Shown piece after piece: positions 49,079 to 58,725 of a stretch of DNA of 64,000 nucleotides (positions are counted from its first letter, which is position 1; every line of letters starts with the position of its first letter). The stretch covers positions 224,868-288,867 of the forward strand of contig CAVVHB010000018.1 of assembly GCA_963747945.1 (NCBI GenBank), read 5' to 3'. Under the pieces are notes generated by a model, which saw only the letters and a list, made by a program, of their open reading frames with translations, had not been told where the DNA came from and did not search any database. The position numbers and the translations under genes were made by a program. Origin of the DNA: Bryobacterales bacterium (GTDB lineage Bacteria; Acidobacteriota; Terriglobia; Bryobacterales; Bryobacteraceae).

Positions 49079-50830
49079 ATGATGAACCGTCTGACGAATT
49101 TTCTGTGGCTGGTCGCTGGAACGGTAACTGGCTGCCTGAGTCTAATCGTTGGCCTGATCGCCGTTGGAGGTGGGCCGGCACACGCGCAAGTGGTCGGTAC
49201 GCAGAAACCGAACATCCTCTTTATCATGGGTGACGACATCGGCTGGATGCAGCCAAGCATCTACCACCGCGGTTTAATGGTTGGGGAGACGCCCAACATC
49301 GACCGCATCGGGAACGAGGGCGCAATCTTCATGGACTACGTCGCCATGCAGAGCTGCACATCCGGACGTAATGCCTTCTTTACCGGCATGTATCCGTTGC
49401 GCACGGGCATGATCCCGCCGCAGCTTCCCGGCAGCCCCTCCTACTTGAGACCCGGCACCCCGGCGCTCGCCAAGTTTTTGCACGATCTTGGCTATACGAC
49501 CGGCGAGTTCGGTAAGAATCACCTGGGCGACCACACAGCGGCTTTGCCGACCGCGCACGGCTTTCAGGAGTACTGGGGCTATCTTTACCACCTCGATGCG
49601 ATGCAGGGAGTAAGTTTCCCGGACATCAACAGTTCCCCGTTGCAGCAGGTGGTGGCTCCGCCGTGCAAGAACACGCCAATCCCCGGCATCCCGGAGGTTC
49701 CCGGAGCCGTGGATCCCAAAACCACGACTTGCTTGACGCCACCTCGCCCGGTCCTCTGGTGCCACTCCTTGGACGGCACAGAAGAGAACCAGACATGCAA
49801 GGACGAGGGCCCGCTAACTCTCGATCGCTCGAGAACTGTGGACGAGGAAATCTCCGCCAAAGTTGTCGACTTTCTCGACCGCAACGACCCGAAGAAGACC
49901 AATAAGCCCTTCTTCGTGTGGTACAACCCGGCGCGCATGCACGTTACAACCATGCTTTCGCCGAAGTATGAAGCCATGGTCGGTACGAGGGGCGGCAAGG
50001 ATTGGGGTGTCAACGAAGCCGGCATGAAGCAGCTCGACGACAACATCGGAGAGGTGCTCGCGAAGCTGGAGCAGATGGGTCAACTGGACAATACCATTGT
50101 CGTCTTCACAACTGACAACGGTGCCGAGGCGATCAGTTTCCCCGACGGTGGCGTTACGCCATTCAAAGGTCAGAAAGGCGAAGCATGGGAAGGCGGCTAC
50201 CGCGCTCCATGTGTGATCCGATGGCCGGGCCACATCAAGCCCGGGACGGTCAAGAAAGAGCTGTTCGCAGCCCTCGACTGGTTGCCAACGTTGGTAGACA
50301 TCGCCGGTGGGCCCAGCGGCGACGGACTCAAGAAGGAGATCGAGGCAGGTAAGTACCCAGGAATCGTCAAAACCACGCTCGATGGCGTGGACCAGCGCGC
50401 GTACCTCGAGGGCACGTCGGACAAGTCGGCACGTGAATACTTCTTCTACTTCTCGGGCGCAACGCCGTCCGCGGTCCGTTACAAAAACTGGAAGATGTAC
50501 TACACCATGTCGCAGCCCGGGCCTGCCGGCTGGATCTTGCCGCTCATTCCGTTCCACTTCACTCTGGTCCAGAATATCAAGCGCGATCCCTTTGAGACAT
50601 CGGTCGGCATCGAGCAGAAGTCGGCGATGGCCCTTGGAGGCGCGCTCGGCGGCCCCGTAACCGCGTTTCAGTACGACTGGAACATGCTGCCTATCGGGCA
50701 GCAGCTGTGGCTGAAACATTTGGAGTCCTATATCGCATACCCGCCCCTTCAGGAGGCAGCGTCCTACAACCTGGCTCAGGTCATCGAACAGGTCAAGAAA
50801 GCCCAATCCGTTAGTCACGCGGGCGAGTAG
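49079..50830 (+). CDS. arylsulfatase (Cys-type formylglycine sulfatase)
   Basis: 583 aa with an N-terminal TM/signal sequence. The sulfatase signature is PNILFIMGDDIGW ... QSCTSGRNAFFTGMYP (C-x-x-x-R) ... GKNHLGD ... FTTDNGA. Confidence 0.9.
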   Translation: MMNRLTNFLWLVAGTVTGCLSLIVGLIAVGGGPAHAQVVGTQKPNILFIMGDDIGWMQPSIYHRGLMVGETPNIDRIGNEGAIFMDYVAMQSCTSGRNAFFTGMYPLRTGMIPPQLPGSPSYLRPGTPALAKFLHDLGYTTGEFGKNHLGDHTAALPTAHGFQEYWGYLYHLDAMQGVSFPDINSSPLQQVVAPPCKNTPIPGIPEVPGAVDPKTTTCLTPPRPVLWCHSLDGTEENQTCKDEGPLTLDRSRTVDEEISAKVVDFLDRNDPKKTNKPFFVWYNPARMHVTTMLSPKYEAMVGTRGGKDWGVNEAGMKQLDDNIGEVLAKLEQMGQLDNTIVVFTTDNGAEAISFPDGGVTPFKGQKGEAWEGGYRAPCVIRWPGHIKPGTVKKELFAALDWLPTLVDIAGGPSGDGLKKEIEAGKYPGIVKTTLDGVDQRAYLEGTSDKSAREYFFYFSGATPSAVRYKNWKMYYTMSQPGPAGWILPLIPFHFTLVQNIKRDPFETSVGIEQKSAMALGGALGGPVTAFQYDWNMLPIGQQLWLKHLESYIAYPPLQEAASYNLAQVIEQVKKAQSVSHAGE

Positions 50831-50942
50831 CTGAAAAACTCGAATGGAAGAGTCCTCGGAAGGTCCTCGCTTTCCACGTTACTTGATTGCAGCATTGATG
50901 GACTAAGCATTCACCGATCCATCAGATGACGAGGCAAAAGAA

Positions 50943-52004
50943 ATGAGAATCCATCCGGCATTGCACACGCCACTAATTTGCTTAACCCTCATCACTTCCA
51001 GTTGCTCCACAGCGCCCACGCACTTCACTCCATTGGCGCGTTCAGCGGCCTTTACCGCTGACCCCGACCCACTGCCTTCGTGGAAGGATGGATCAGCGAA
51101 GAAGGCCATCCTCGACTTTGTCAAAACAACTACGGACAAGAAGAATTCGAAATTCGTGCCGCCGGAAGAACGCATCGCCACTTTCGATCAGGACGGCACG
51201 ACGTGGGTGGAGCACCCCATATACTCCCAGGTTCTGTTTGCCTTCGACAGGGTCGCTGCCCTTGCCCCTCAGCACCCGGAATGGAAGACAACGAAACCGT
51301 TCCAAGCCATCCTTGCCGGCGACAAAGAGGCTATGGCGAAGTTCACCCTGAAGGACATCGAGGTTCTCGTTTTTGCAACCCATACCGGTATGACCACGGG
51401 TGTGTTCGAACCGATCGCAAGGGACTGGATAGCTACGGCGATGCATCCGCGTTTCCACAGACCTTATTCGCAGATGGTGTATCAGCCGATGTTGGAGGTA
51501 ATGCACTATCTGCGTGACAACGGTTACAGGACATACATCGTGACCGGCGGTGGGCAAGATTTCGTCCGCGCATACGCACAGCAGGTTTACGGCATACCAC
51601 CGGAACAGATCATCGGCTCCGCGCTCACGACCAAATACGAATACCAGGATGGAGTGGGCGTTCTGATGCGTGAGCCGAAGCTTCTGCTAAGCAACGATCT
51701 AGCCGGCAAGCCGGAAGACATCTACCTTTTCCTGGGGCGTCATCCCAGGGTGGCGTTCGGCAATTCCAGTGGTGACCATCAGATGCTCGAATACACCCAA
51801 GCCTGTGGTGGAGTTTCGCTGGAGATGCTTGTACTCCACGACGACGCTGTGCGCGAATATGCCTATGGCCCTGCCGAGGGCCTGCCCGACAGCAAGGTGG
51901 GGACTTTTCCGCAGACCCTGTACGACGAGGCAAAGGCGAAGGGTTGGACCGTGATTAGCATGAAGAACGATTGGAAGCGGATCTTTACCGGTCCGGCAAA
52001 GTGA
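50943..52004 (+). CDS. secreted/lipoprotein HAD-superfamily hydrolase
   Basis: 353 aa. The signal ends LITSSC. HAD motif I is FDQDGTT. The later motifs are IVTGGGQDF and GNSSGDHQML. Confidence 0.7.
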   Translation: MRIHPALHTPLICLTLITSSCSTAPTHFTPLARSAAFTADPDPLPSWKDGSAKKAILDFVKTTTDKKNSKFVPPEERIATFDQDGTTWVEHPIYSQVLFAFDRVAALAPQHPEWKTTKPFQAILAGDKEAMAKFTLKDIEVLVFATHTGMTTGVFEPIARDWIATAMHPRFHRPYSQMVYQPMLEVMHYLRDNGYRTYIVTGGGQDFVRAYAQQVYGIPPEQIIGSALTTKYEYQDGVGVLMREPKLLLSNDLAGKPEDIYLFLGRHPRVAFGNSSGDHQMLEYTQACGGVSLEMLVLHDDAVREYAYGPAEGLPDSKVGTFPQTLYDEAKAKGWTVISMKNDWKRIFTGPAK

Positions 52005-52288
52005 TTGCCTTGTCGCACCTGGCTGAATTTCTGCGCACCCATGCCTTGGCGTTGCCAACCCTGGCGATATTCGGGAACTAATCATCAAAAAAAGGCTCTG
52101 AGACAGCCGACAGCATCCTTACCTTTAGCAATAGAGTTCTCTCGCGGCCAGCGGCCCTCAACCGTGAAACACGCGGAGAAGACACATGACAGCTAGACGT
52201 CGCATAGCGTCGCTGGTGTCGGGTTGAGCCACGGCTCTGCCCTGGATGGCAAACTGCGCACAAATGGCCGCCGAACTGGAGGGGGCAA

Positions 52289-53428
52289 GTGATGCTGAAA
52301 GAGTTTAAGGAAGTGCTAGCGGTGGGGCTCAGCCTCGCTTTAATCACGACGTCATCGTACGGCTATCGAAACCCTGACTCAGTTGCGGAGGCCGGCGCCG
52401 GTGGCGCCACAGATGCCGCACCGATGAGCCCGAGCGAGCTGGATGGATTAGTGGCTCCAATCGCGCTCTACCCGGACGCCCTCGTCGCCCAGATCCTGGC
52501 CGCTGCTACATTTCCAGATCAGGTCGCTATTGCAGACTACTGGATCCACCAAGATCAGAGCCTGACGGGAAAATCGCTCCTCAAGGCCGTCGACAAACAA
52601 TCGTGGGATTCGAGCGTGAAGGCGCTTACCGAATTTCCGTCCGTCCTCGACAATCTGGCGAAAAATCTCACCTGGACTTCCTCGCTAGGAGAGGCTTATC
52701 ACAACCAGCCATCGGAGGTAATGGAAGCCGTTCAGACATTGCGGGCCAAGGCCAAGGCCGTAGGTAGTCTAAAGTCCAGTCCTGAGATCAAGGTCGTACA
52801 ACAAACACCCCAGACAATCGTCATCCAGCCCGCAAACCCGCAGGTCGTGTACGTTCCGATATACGATCCAGCCGTAATTTATGGCGTGCCCTACGTGATT
52901 CCCGGATACACGGCAACAGATGTGGCGGCCGCTGGTGAGATCGGGTTCGGCGCCGGAATCGCCGTTGGTGCACTGGCCGGAGGAGGCTGTTGCGGATGGG
53001 GATGGGGTGCCTGGAATTGTAACTGGCACGGTGGCGCGGTGGTTTACAACCACAATAGCTTCTACGGAAATGCTGCCTGGCATGGCGGTTACTACAATCA
53101 CGGCTACCACGGTGCCTACGGCTACCACGATGGCGATGGTTACCACAATACCTACAACAAGACCACAGTCAATAACTTCCATCGTGAGGATACGCACAAC
53201 GTCAACGCCGACCGTTCGAACGCATGGGCCCACGACGATAGCTCCTTCCGAAGGTCAAGCGCATTCAGTGGCTGGGGTGATCATTCCGGCGGTTCTGGCG
53301 GCTGGGCATCGAGAGCCGACAGCTTCCGTGGCTGGGGGAGCATGCGCGCCGGCGGTTTCGGCGGTGGACGATTCGGCGGTGGCGGCTTCGGCGGGGGCGG
53401 TTTCCGCGGCGGTGGGTTTCGACGTTAA
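52289..53428 (+). CDS. DUF3300-domain protein with Gly/His/Tyr/Asn-rich and RGG-like C-terminal tail
   Basis: The start is GTG 52289 or ATG 52292, after GGAGGGGG. The DUF3300 signature is LVAPIALYPDALVAQILAAATFPDQV. The tail includes GGYYNHGYHGAYGYHDGDGYHNTY...GGFGGGRFGGGGFGGGGFRGGGFRR. Confidence 0.8.
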   Translation: MMLKEFKEVLAVGLSLALITTSSYGYRNPDSVAEAGAGGATDAAPMSPSELDGLVAPIALYPDALVAQILAAATFPDQVAIADYWIHQDQSLTGKSLLKAVDKQSWDSSVKALTEFPSVLDNLAKNLTWTSSLGEAYHNQPSEVMEAVQTLRAKAKAVGSLKSSPEIKVVQQTPQTIVIQPANPQVVYVPIYDPAVIYGVPYVIPGYTATDVAAAGEIGFGAGIAVGALAGGGCCGWGWGAWNCNWHGGAVVYNHNSFYGNAAWHGGYYNHGYHGAYGYHDGDGYHNTYNKTTVNNFHREDTHNVNADRSNAWAHDDSSFRRSSAFSGWGDHSGGSGGWASRADSFRGWGSMRAGGFGGGRFGGGGFGGGGFRGGGFRR

Positions 53429-53450
53429 GCGGCCGCTTAAGAGGATACTT

Positions 53451-54413
53451 ATGTCGCACTTCATTTCGAAGCACAAGATGCTGACCTTCACTCTGCTCGT
53501 CTCACTTGCCTCATGCAGCAAACCGGTCGAGCCCTCCAAGCCCTCCGTGGAAAAAGTGGGGGAAAAAGTGGTCCCCAAGAGATTCGCATCGCCTTCCGAG
53601 GCTGGCGCCGCCTTGTTGGCAGCCGCACAGTCTGGCGATCGGGCAGCTTTGCTGGAGATCTTCGGCCCGGGGGGAGAGGAGATCCTATTCACCGAAGATG
53701 CAGCGCGTGATAAGGCCAGCCTGCAGGACTTCGCCACCGCGTACATGCGAATGAATCGCTGGGGAAAGATCAGGGCCGGAGGCCAGACACTCTACGTTGG
53801 GGCGGACAACAATGCATTCCCGATTCCTTTGGGCCAGGACCCCTCCGGTCGATGGTATTTCGACACTGCGGCCGGCAAGGATGAGATATTGGCCCGTCGG
53901 ATCGGCAAGAATGAGCTAACTGCCATCACGGCTTGCCAGGCCCTCGCGGACTCCGAAAAGCAATACTTCAGGCAAACACACGATGGCGGGACGGTTAAGC
54001 AGTATGCGCAGAAGTTCGTTAGTGACCCGGGTAAACAGAACGGGCTGTATTGGCTTGCTACGGAAGGCCGGCCCAGCCCCCTTGAGGAGCTCGGGGACTT
54101 CGGGCAATCCGTGGCTTCCAACACCGGCGATCACCCTCCTCTCTTTAACGGCTACTACTATCGAATCCTCACCAGGCCAACTGATTTGGTGAATGGAAAA
54201 ATGACAGGGGGGTTCACCATACTCGCCTACCCCGCGAAATATAGGGACTCGGGAATCATGACATTCATCGTCGAAAAGGATGGCGTGGTTTACCAAAAAG
54301 ACCTTGGTGAGCAAACAGGAGAGGTAACCAGGGCGGTGAGCGAACTTAACCTGGCCAACGGCTGGAGTCCGGCCGTACCGCACACCAACAATGCACTGCG
54401 CGCCCAACGGTAA
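53451..54413 (+). CDS. DUF2950-domain lipoprotein
   Basis: The true start is the ATG at 53451 (MSHFISKHKMLTFTLLVSLASC). The track ORF 52920..54413 is an out-of-frame extension through the DUF3300 tail. Motifs present are GKNELTAITACQALADSEKQY, NGYYYRILT and FTILAYPAKYRDSGIMTF. Confidence 0.8.
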   Translation: MSHFISKHKMLTFTLLVSLASCSKPVEPSKPSVEKVGEKVVPKRFASPSEAGAALLAAAQSGDRAALLEIFGPGGEEILFTEDAARDKASLQDFATAYMRMNRWGKIRAGGQTLYVGADNNAFPIPLGQDPSGRWYFDTAAGKDEILARRIGKNELTAITACQALADSEKQYFRQTHDGGTVKQYAQKFVSDPGKQNGLYWLATEGRPSPLEELGDFGQSVASNTGDHPPLFNGYYYRILTRPTDLVNGKMTGGFTILAYPAKYRDSGIMTFIVEKDGVVYQKDLGEQTGEVTRAVSELNLANGWSPAVPHTNNALRAQR

Positions 54414-54687
54414 CGCGCACACTGTCGCCTAATCAGCGGGCCGGAATATGCGCTGAGCAAATCTGCCAGTTCAGCCAGCATCCAGATCGTCAGCGTCTTG
54501 TGTTGACGTCATTCATTTAAGGGCAGATCGACATCGCTTTCTTAGAAATATTGCGTCGACGAGCTAGGCCACGCATCTTACGCCTAGGCGCTATTCCTGA
54601 TTTTAGGCAACAGGATACACAGGCGAGTCTTTGTGTGCATTTATGCCTGACCGAGTAAACCAACGAACTAAGAGGAATCTAGTTAGT

Positions 54688-55500
54688 ATGCGACAGACGG
54701 TGTACTCTTGTGCTCTCGCACTGGCGGGCGCTGGTTTGATAGCAGCACAAGGAGCGCCGGATGATGACAAGGTACTGACAACCTTTCAGAACCCGGTAGG
54801 CAACCTCATCAGCGTACCATTCCAGAACAACGTCAATTTCCCCATAGGTCAGTTCAGCCGCGTCCAGGACGTATTGAACATTCAGCCGGTGATCCCGGTC
54901 AGCCTTAATGAAGACTGGTTGCTCATCACGCGCTGGATCACACCCATCGTTTATCAGCCGAATATCGCCGTTCCCACCGGAGGAGCGAATGGATTGGGTG
55001 ACCTGAACCCGACTTTCTTTTTGTCGCCGGCCAGGCCCGGCAAGCTAATCTGGGGCATTGGTCCGACCTTCCTGCTACCGACGGCCACCGACCCCACTCT
55101 AGGTCAAGGCAAATGGGGAGCAGGACCTTCCATCGTTCTGCTTGTCCAGCCGGAGCATTGGACAATTGGCGTCTTGTCGAATAATATTTGGTCCATCGGC
55201 GGCGACCGGCGCCGCCCGGTAGTGAACCAGTTTCTGACCCAGTATTTCGTCACTTACAACATGAAGAAGGGCTGGTTCTTGACAGACTCGCCCATTCTGA
55301 CAGCGGACTGGACGGCACCTGCTCACAACCGATGGGTGGTCCCCTTCGGCGGCGGCATCGGGAAAATTACTAGAGTGGGTAAGCAGCCCGTCGTCTGGCA
55401 AGTCAATCTGTATTACAACTTGATCCGTCCACAGGACATTCCATCTCCCAAATGGCAAGTGCGGCTACAAGTGGCGCTGCTGTACCCGAAAGAAAAGTGA
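54688..55500 (+). CDS. outer-membrane beta-barrel protein of unknown function
   Basis: The start was moved to the ATG at 54688 (MRQTVYSCALALAGAGLIAAQG). It has repeated amphipathic strands, including WQVRLQVALLYPKEK close to the C-terminus. Confidence 0.65.
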   Translation: MRQTVYSCALALAGAGLIAAQGAPDDDKVLTTFQNPVGNLISVPFQNNVNFPIGQFSRVQDVLNIQPVIPVSLNEDWLLITRWITPIVYQPNIAVPTGGANGLGDLNPTFFLSPARPGKLIWGIGPTFLLPTATDPTLGQGKWGAGPSIVLLVQPEHWTIGVLSNNIWSIGGDRRRPVVNQFLTQYFVTYNMKKGWFLTDSPILTADWTAPAHNRWVVPFGGGIGKITRVGKQPVVWQVNLYYNLIRPQDIPSPKWQVRLQVALLYPKEK

Positions 55501-55912
55501 CATCAGTAGCTGCATGGTGGCGTGATCCGCAGCGATCATAAAGCCGATTGGTGAGGCGCTATGTCAAACCGTGATGGTTTGTGCACAACTTCCGCGTGGC
55601 CCACCGCGCACGCACAAAGCAGCTCGATCCTTTTTGCCGCCCTCATACTGCTTCAGCCCGGCGATGATCTGTTCCTGGAGGTATCCCCTCTTTGGCACGC
55701 GGACCTCCTCGTTGGTCGTTCGAGGACCTCAATTGCCTAAGATAACTGCAGTTCCAATTGGTACAGTTTTTGGGTTAGGGTCAGCTGCACGTTGGCAATG
55801 CCCAAGCTCGGTTGTTTGCAAAGAGATCAGAAAATCAGTGCTTTATCCATCCAGGCCGCCACTTCCGATTCTGGCCACCCTCTTGCTTCTGATCCGAGCG
55901 AAGGAGCGATTT

Positions 55913-56479
55913 ATGAGACATCTGATTCTCGGGTTTGTAACGTTGACGGTCGCAGGGATGAGCAACTGCATCGCAGGGGACGGGGGTGGCTTGGCAGCAA
56001 TCGGCCCCGTCCACACAGTCACAGCTGAACGGGGCGTGGTGCCTCCGGGAACATCGCTCGTGGTCCGGACAAGGGACACGGTGAACACCACGAGGGCATA
56101 TCGAAGCACGGTCTACTTGGCGAGCTTCGCTGTGGACGTGATCGACCAAAACGGCGCCGTGCTCATCCCAAAGGAGTCCGCGGTTGAACTGGGAGTACGC
56201 TCTCTCGCATACCTCGGCCCGGGTGGCGCGGGGATGACGCTACTAACGCTCGATGTACACGCGATTACCGTTGGCGGAGTCCGCTACCGCGTGACCGCGG
56301 GGGATGAACTGCCGAGCGCGGGCGGCATCGGCGTTGAGCGTGGCGCTGCCAAGTGGATCGGCGGCAATGGGAAGGGCGGAAAGGTAGTTACCAGAGGCCG
56401 AAGCATCCACGTGCCCACTGACACCGTGGTGGCGTTTCAAATTCAGGACCCCATCCGGTTGCGCGGCTATCAGCGCTAA
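55913..56479 (+). CDS. secreted hypothetical protein, paralog of 57540..58106
   Basis: The ATG at 55913 follows AAGGAG (55901-55906). It has a signal/lipoprotein-like N-terminus MRHLILGFVTLTVAGMSNC. It shares blocks with the paralog (PPGTSLVVRTRDTVNT; LTLDVHAITVGGVRYRV; TRGRSIHVPTDTVVAFQI). Confidence 0.65.
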   Translation: MRHLILGFVTLTVAGMSNCIAGDGGGLAAIGPVHTVTAERGVVPPGTSLVVRTRDTVNTTRAYRSTVYLASFAVDVIDQNGAVLIPKESAVELGVRSLAYLGPGGAGMTLLTLDVHAITVGGVRYRVTAGDELPSAGGIGVERGAAKWIGGNGKGGKVVTRGRSIHVPTDTVVAFQIQDPIRLRGYQR

Positions 56480-56768
56480 CCCCTCACGCTTCGTGATGGA
56501 CGAATCGGTGCCGGCTGTCTAATGCGGCAAACACTGCCAAATTCCGCAGCTGGCACCGAAGGTGGACGCTTTCCGGTTTGGGGACGATCCAGGCACTGGG
56601 GCCGGATAGCAATCTCTCGTATTCTCAAGTATGACGATCGCCGACGATCATTATCATTGGCTTCTTTGCGCTCCTCTGGGACGTGAACAACCCAGTTGAT
56701 CGCAGCGGATTTTCAGCGCGTCTGCGATGTGGGAGGCACAGCTTCTGCCGTCCGCTGATAACTCCTCG

Positions 56769-57203
56769 TTAAGCAGGTATTTTGAGCTGTTGACCAGGAC
56801 GGATCTGATTTGGATCACGCAGCTGATCACGATTCGCGTCGAAGATCTTCTGGTACTCGTTGGGGTTGGCGTACATCTCCTCGGCAATTTTTGAGAGAGT
56901 GTCGCCGGGTTTGACAGTGTAGGTCCGTTCCGCATTGCTCGACCGGACTCCGCTGCTCGCCTGTTGCTGGCTTGCCAAACGGATGTCCGCAGTCAATTCG
57001 CTTTGCCAGTTTGGGTTGACAAGTTTGATCTGGTCCCAGACTCGGTTCTTAGCGTCTTCGGAGGGCGCATCGCCCTGAACGAAGAGTTTATTGTCCTGCA
57101 TATTTACATGGTTCAGTCGGATCTGTTGCTGCTGGATCATGTTGAACACAGATTGGTATTTCTGCTTCAGTTGTTCAAGCTGTTGGTCTGTAGCTGTGGG
57201 CAT
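56769..57203 (-). CDS. BON-LysM protein (Kbp/YgaU-like)
   Basis: 144 aa. The C-terminal LysM is YTVKPGDTLSKIAEEMYANPNEYQKIFDANRDQLRDPNQIRPGQQLKIP. The N-terminal half is BON-like (LFVQGDAPSEDAKNRVWDQIKLV). Confidence 0.8.
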   Translation of the reverse strand: MPTATDQQLEQLKQKYQSVFNMIQQQQIRLNHVNMQDNKLFVQGDAPSEDAKNRVWDQIKLVNPNWQSELTADIRLASQQQASSGVRSSNAERTYTVKPGDTLSKIAEEMYANPNEYQKIFDANRDQLRDPNQIRPGQQLKIPA

Positions 57204-57539
57204 AGAATATCTCAGGATCTCCTAGAAAGTGGGTTTCACGACGCAGTCACCTAGACGGTGAATTGGACTTCCAGATTCATTAAATTTCAGGATCTTTACC
57301 TTGCGGCGTTCCTGTGAACCCCTGTCCTTCGGTTTTGCAAAGAACGACGGCGTCCTGAGCGCAGTTGAAAGTTGCGGCTGCGGTTCCTGGTTATTCGGGG
57401 TCCATGGCGTGTGAATAGAGGTTGGTCAATTCGAGGTCGACACGACGAGCTAATAACTCCACGCCACCCCCCGATTCCGAACAAATTTCCAGTCCGAGGT
57501 TCGAGCGGTTCATCAGCTGTAAGGGAGAGGATACTGTTT

Positions 57540-58106
57540 GTGAAAACACGTTCTATTCTGATGGGCATTATCGCCCTGGCCGTCACTGTCTTTGCACAGC
57601 CGGCTGAGAAAATGATCCCCGCTGGAACGATCGTCCAGGTTCGCACGAACCAAACGATCGACTCACGCAGCGCTGCTCCTGGGCATGTTTTTGCAGGTCT
57701 GATAGCACACAATGTCACCGATCGAACAGGGCGCGTGGTTATCGCCGGGGGTTCCCCGGCAGAGTTGGTCGTCAGGAATATTTCCAAGCACAAGATGGTT
57801 CTCGATCTGCAGGCCATTATGATAGGGGGCCAACGCTATCACGTGTTGTCCGATACGGTGACAGTCGAGGGCACAAATAAGAGCGGCTTGGGCGCAAATA
57901 AGCGCACAGCGAAGTTTGTGGGTGGGGGCGCACTAGGAGGGTCTGTGATCGGCGCTATTGCGGGTGGCGGAGCAGGAGCCGCAATCGGCGCGGTTGCGGG
58001 AGGAGCGGGCGGTGCTACTGCGCAGGTCTTGACCAAAGGCAAATCGGTTCAAGTTCCCGCTGAATCGCTCCTAACATTTCGGCTCACACATCCGTTCCAC
58101 GCGTAG
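57540..58106 (+). CDS. secreted glycine-zipper protein, paralog of 55913..56479
   Basis: The GTG at 57540 follows AGGGAGAGG (57522-57530). The signal peptide is (M)KTRSILMGIIALAVTVFAQP. The Gly-zipper is GGGALGGSVIGAIAGGGAGAAIGAVAGGAGG. Confidence 0.65.
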   Translation: MKTRSILMGIIALAVTVFAQPAEKMIPAGTIVQVRTNQTIDSRSAAPGHVFAGLIAHNVTDRTGRVVIAGGSPAELVVRNISKHKMVLDLQAIMIGGQRYHVLSDTVTVEGTNKSGLGANKRTAKFVGGGALGGSVIGAIAGGGAGAAIGAVAGGAGGATAQVLTKGKSVQVPAESLLTFRLTHPFHA

Positions 58107-58344
58107 AACCGCACTCGCAACTGGGTACGCGCCGGGCTAATAATTATTTGCGACGTGACCACACCCTGCGGCGTGATCTGATTTTTGGCCGGCTTGACGT
58201 CGCGATGGATGATGAGAGACTTCCCGGGCACCAACTCCATTCCGAGTGAAAGTCCCTTGGGCGAAAGTCAAAAGATTGTGAACCAGTTATGCAAGAAGTG
58301 CATCCCCAAGCATGGGAGTCCTACGCAGTGTGGAAGGAGAAACC

Positions 58345-58725
58345 ATGATTCTAGGAAAACTCACCTTGGCGATGTTGTTCTTGACTGCTCCTGCAGTGTG
58401 GGCGCAGTTTGGTAGAGCGGACATGATGAAGGTGGCGACGGATCGATTCGATACGGCCGCTACGACCTTGAACTTGAGTCCGGATCAAGTAGCGGCGATC
58501 AAACCGCTTGTCCAATCGAAATATGTCGATATGGGGCAGGTGAAAGACGTCTACCGGGCGAGTGACAAGAGCGATACCGCAAAGAAGGACGCGAAGGAGT
58601 CGCTAAAGGCAATTCGCGACAAATACAACACGCGGATCAACACAATTCTCACTCCGGAACAGGCGAAGGCCTGGAAGCGCATGCAGAAGGACTGGAAGGA
58701 CGACCTCATCCTGCCGAAGTCCTAG
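58345..58725 (+). CDS. small periplasmic Spy/CpxP-like protein (two LTxxQ-type motifs)
   Basis: The ATG at 58345 follows GGAAGGAG. The signal peptide is MILGKLTLAMLFLTAPAVWAQ. The motifs are LSPDQVAAIKPL and LTPEQAKAWKRM. It is Lys/Asp-rich and helical. Confidence 0.6.
   Translation: MILGKLTLAMLFLTAPAVWAQFGRADMMKVATDRFDTAATTLNLSPDQVAAIKPLVQSKYVDMGQVKDVYRASDKSDTAKKDAKESLKAIRDKYNTRINTILTPEQAKAWKRMQKDWKDDLILPKS

Noticed and set aside
52920-53450. 5' 177 codons of the 497-aa ORF 52920..54413
   Set aside because: This part is an out-of-frame reading of the biased Gly/His/Tyr-rich tail of the DUF3300 gene. A clean ATG plus lipoprotein signal at 53451 starts the real DUF2950 gene.
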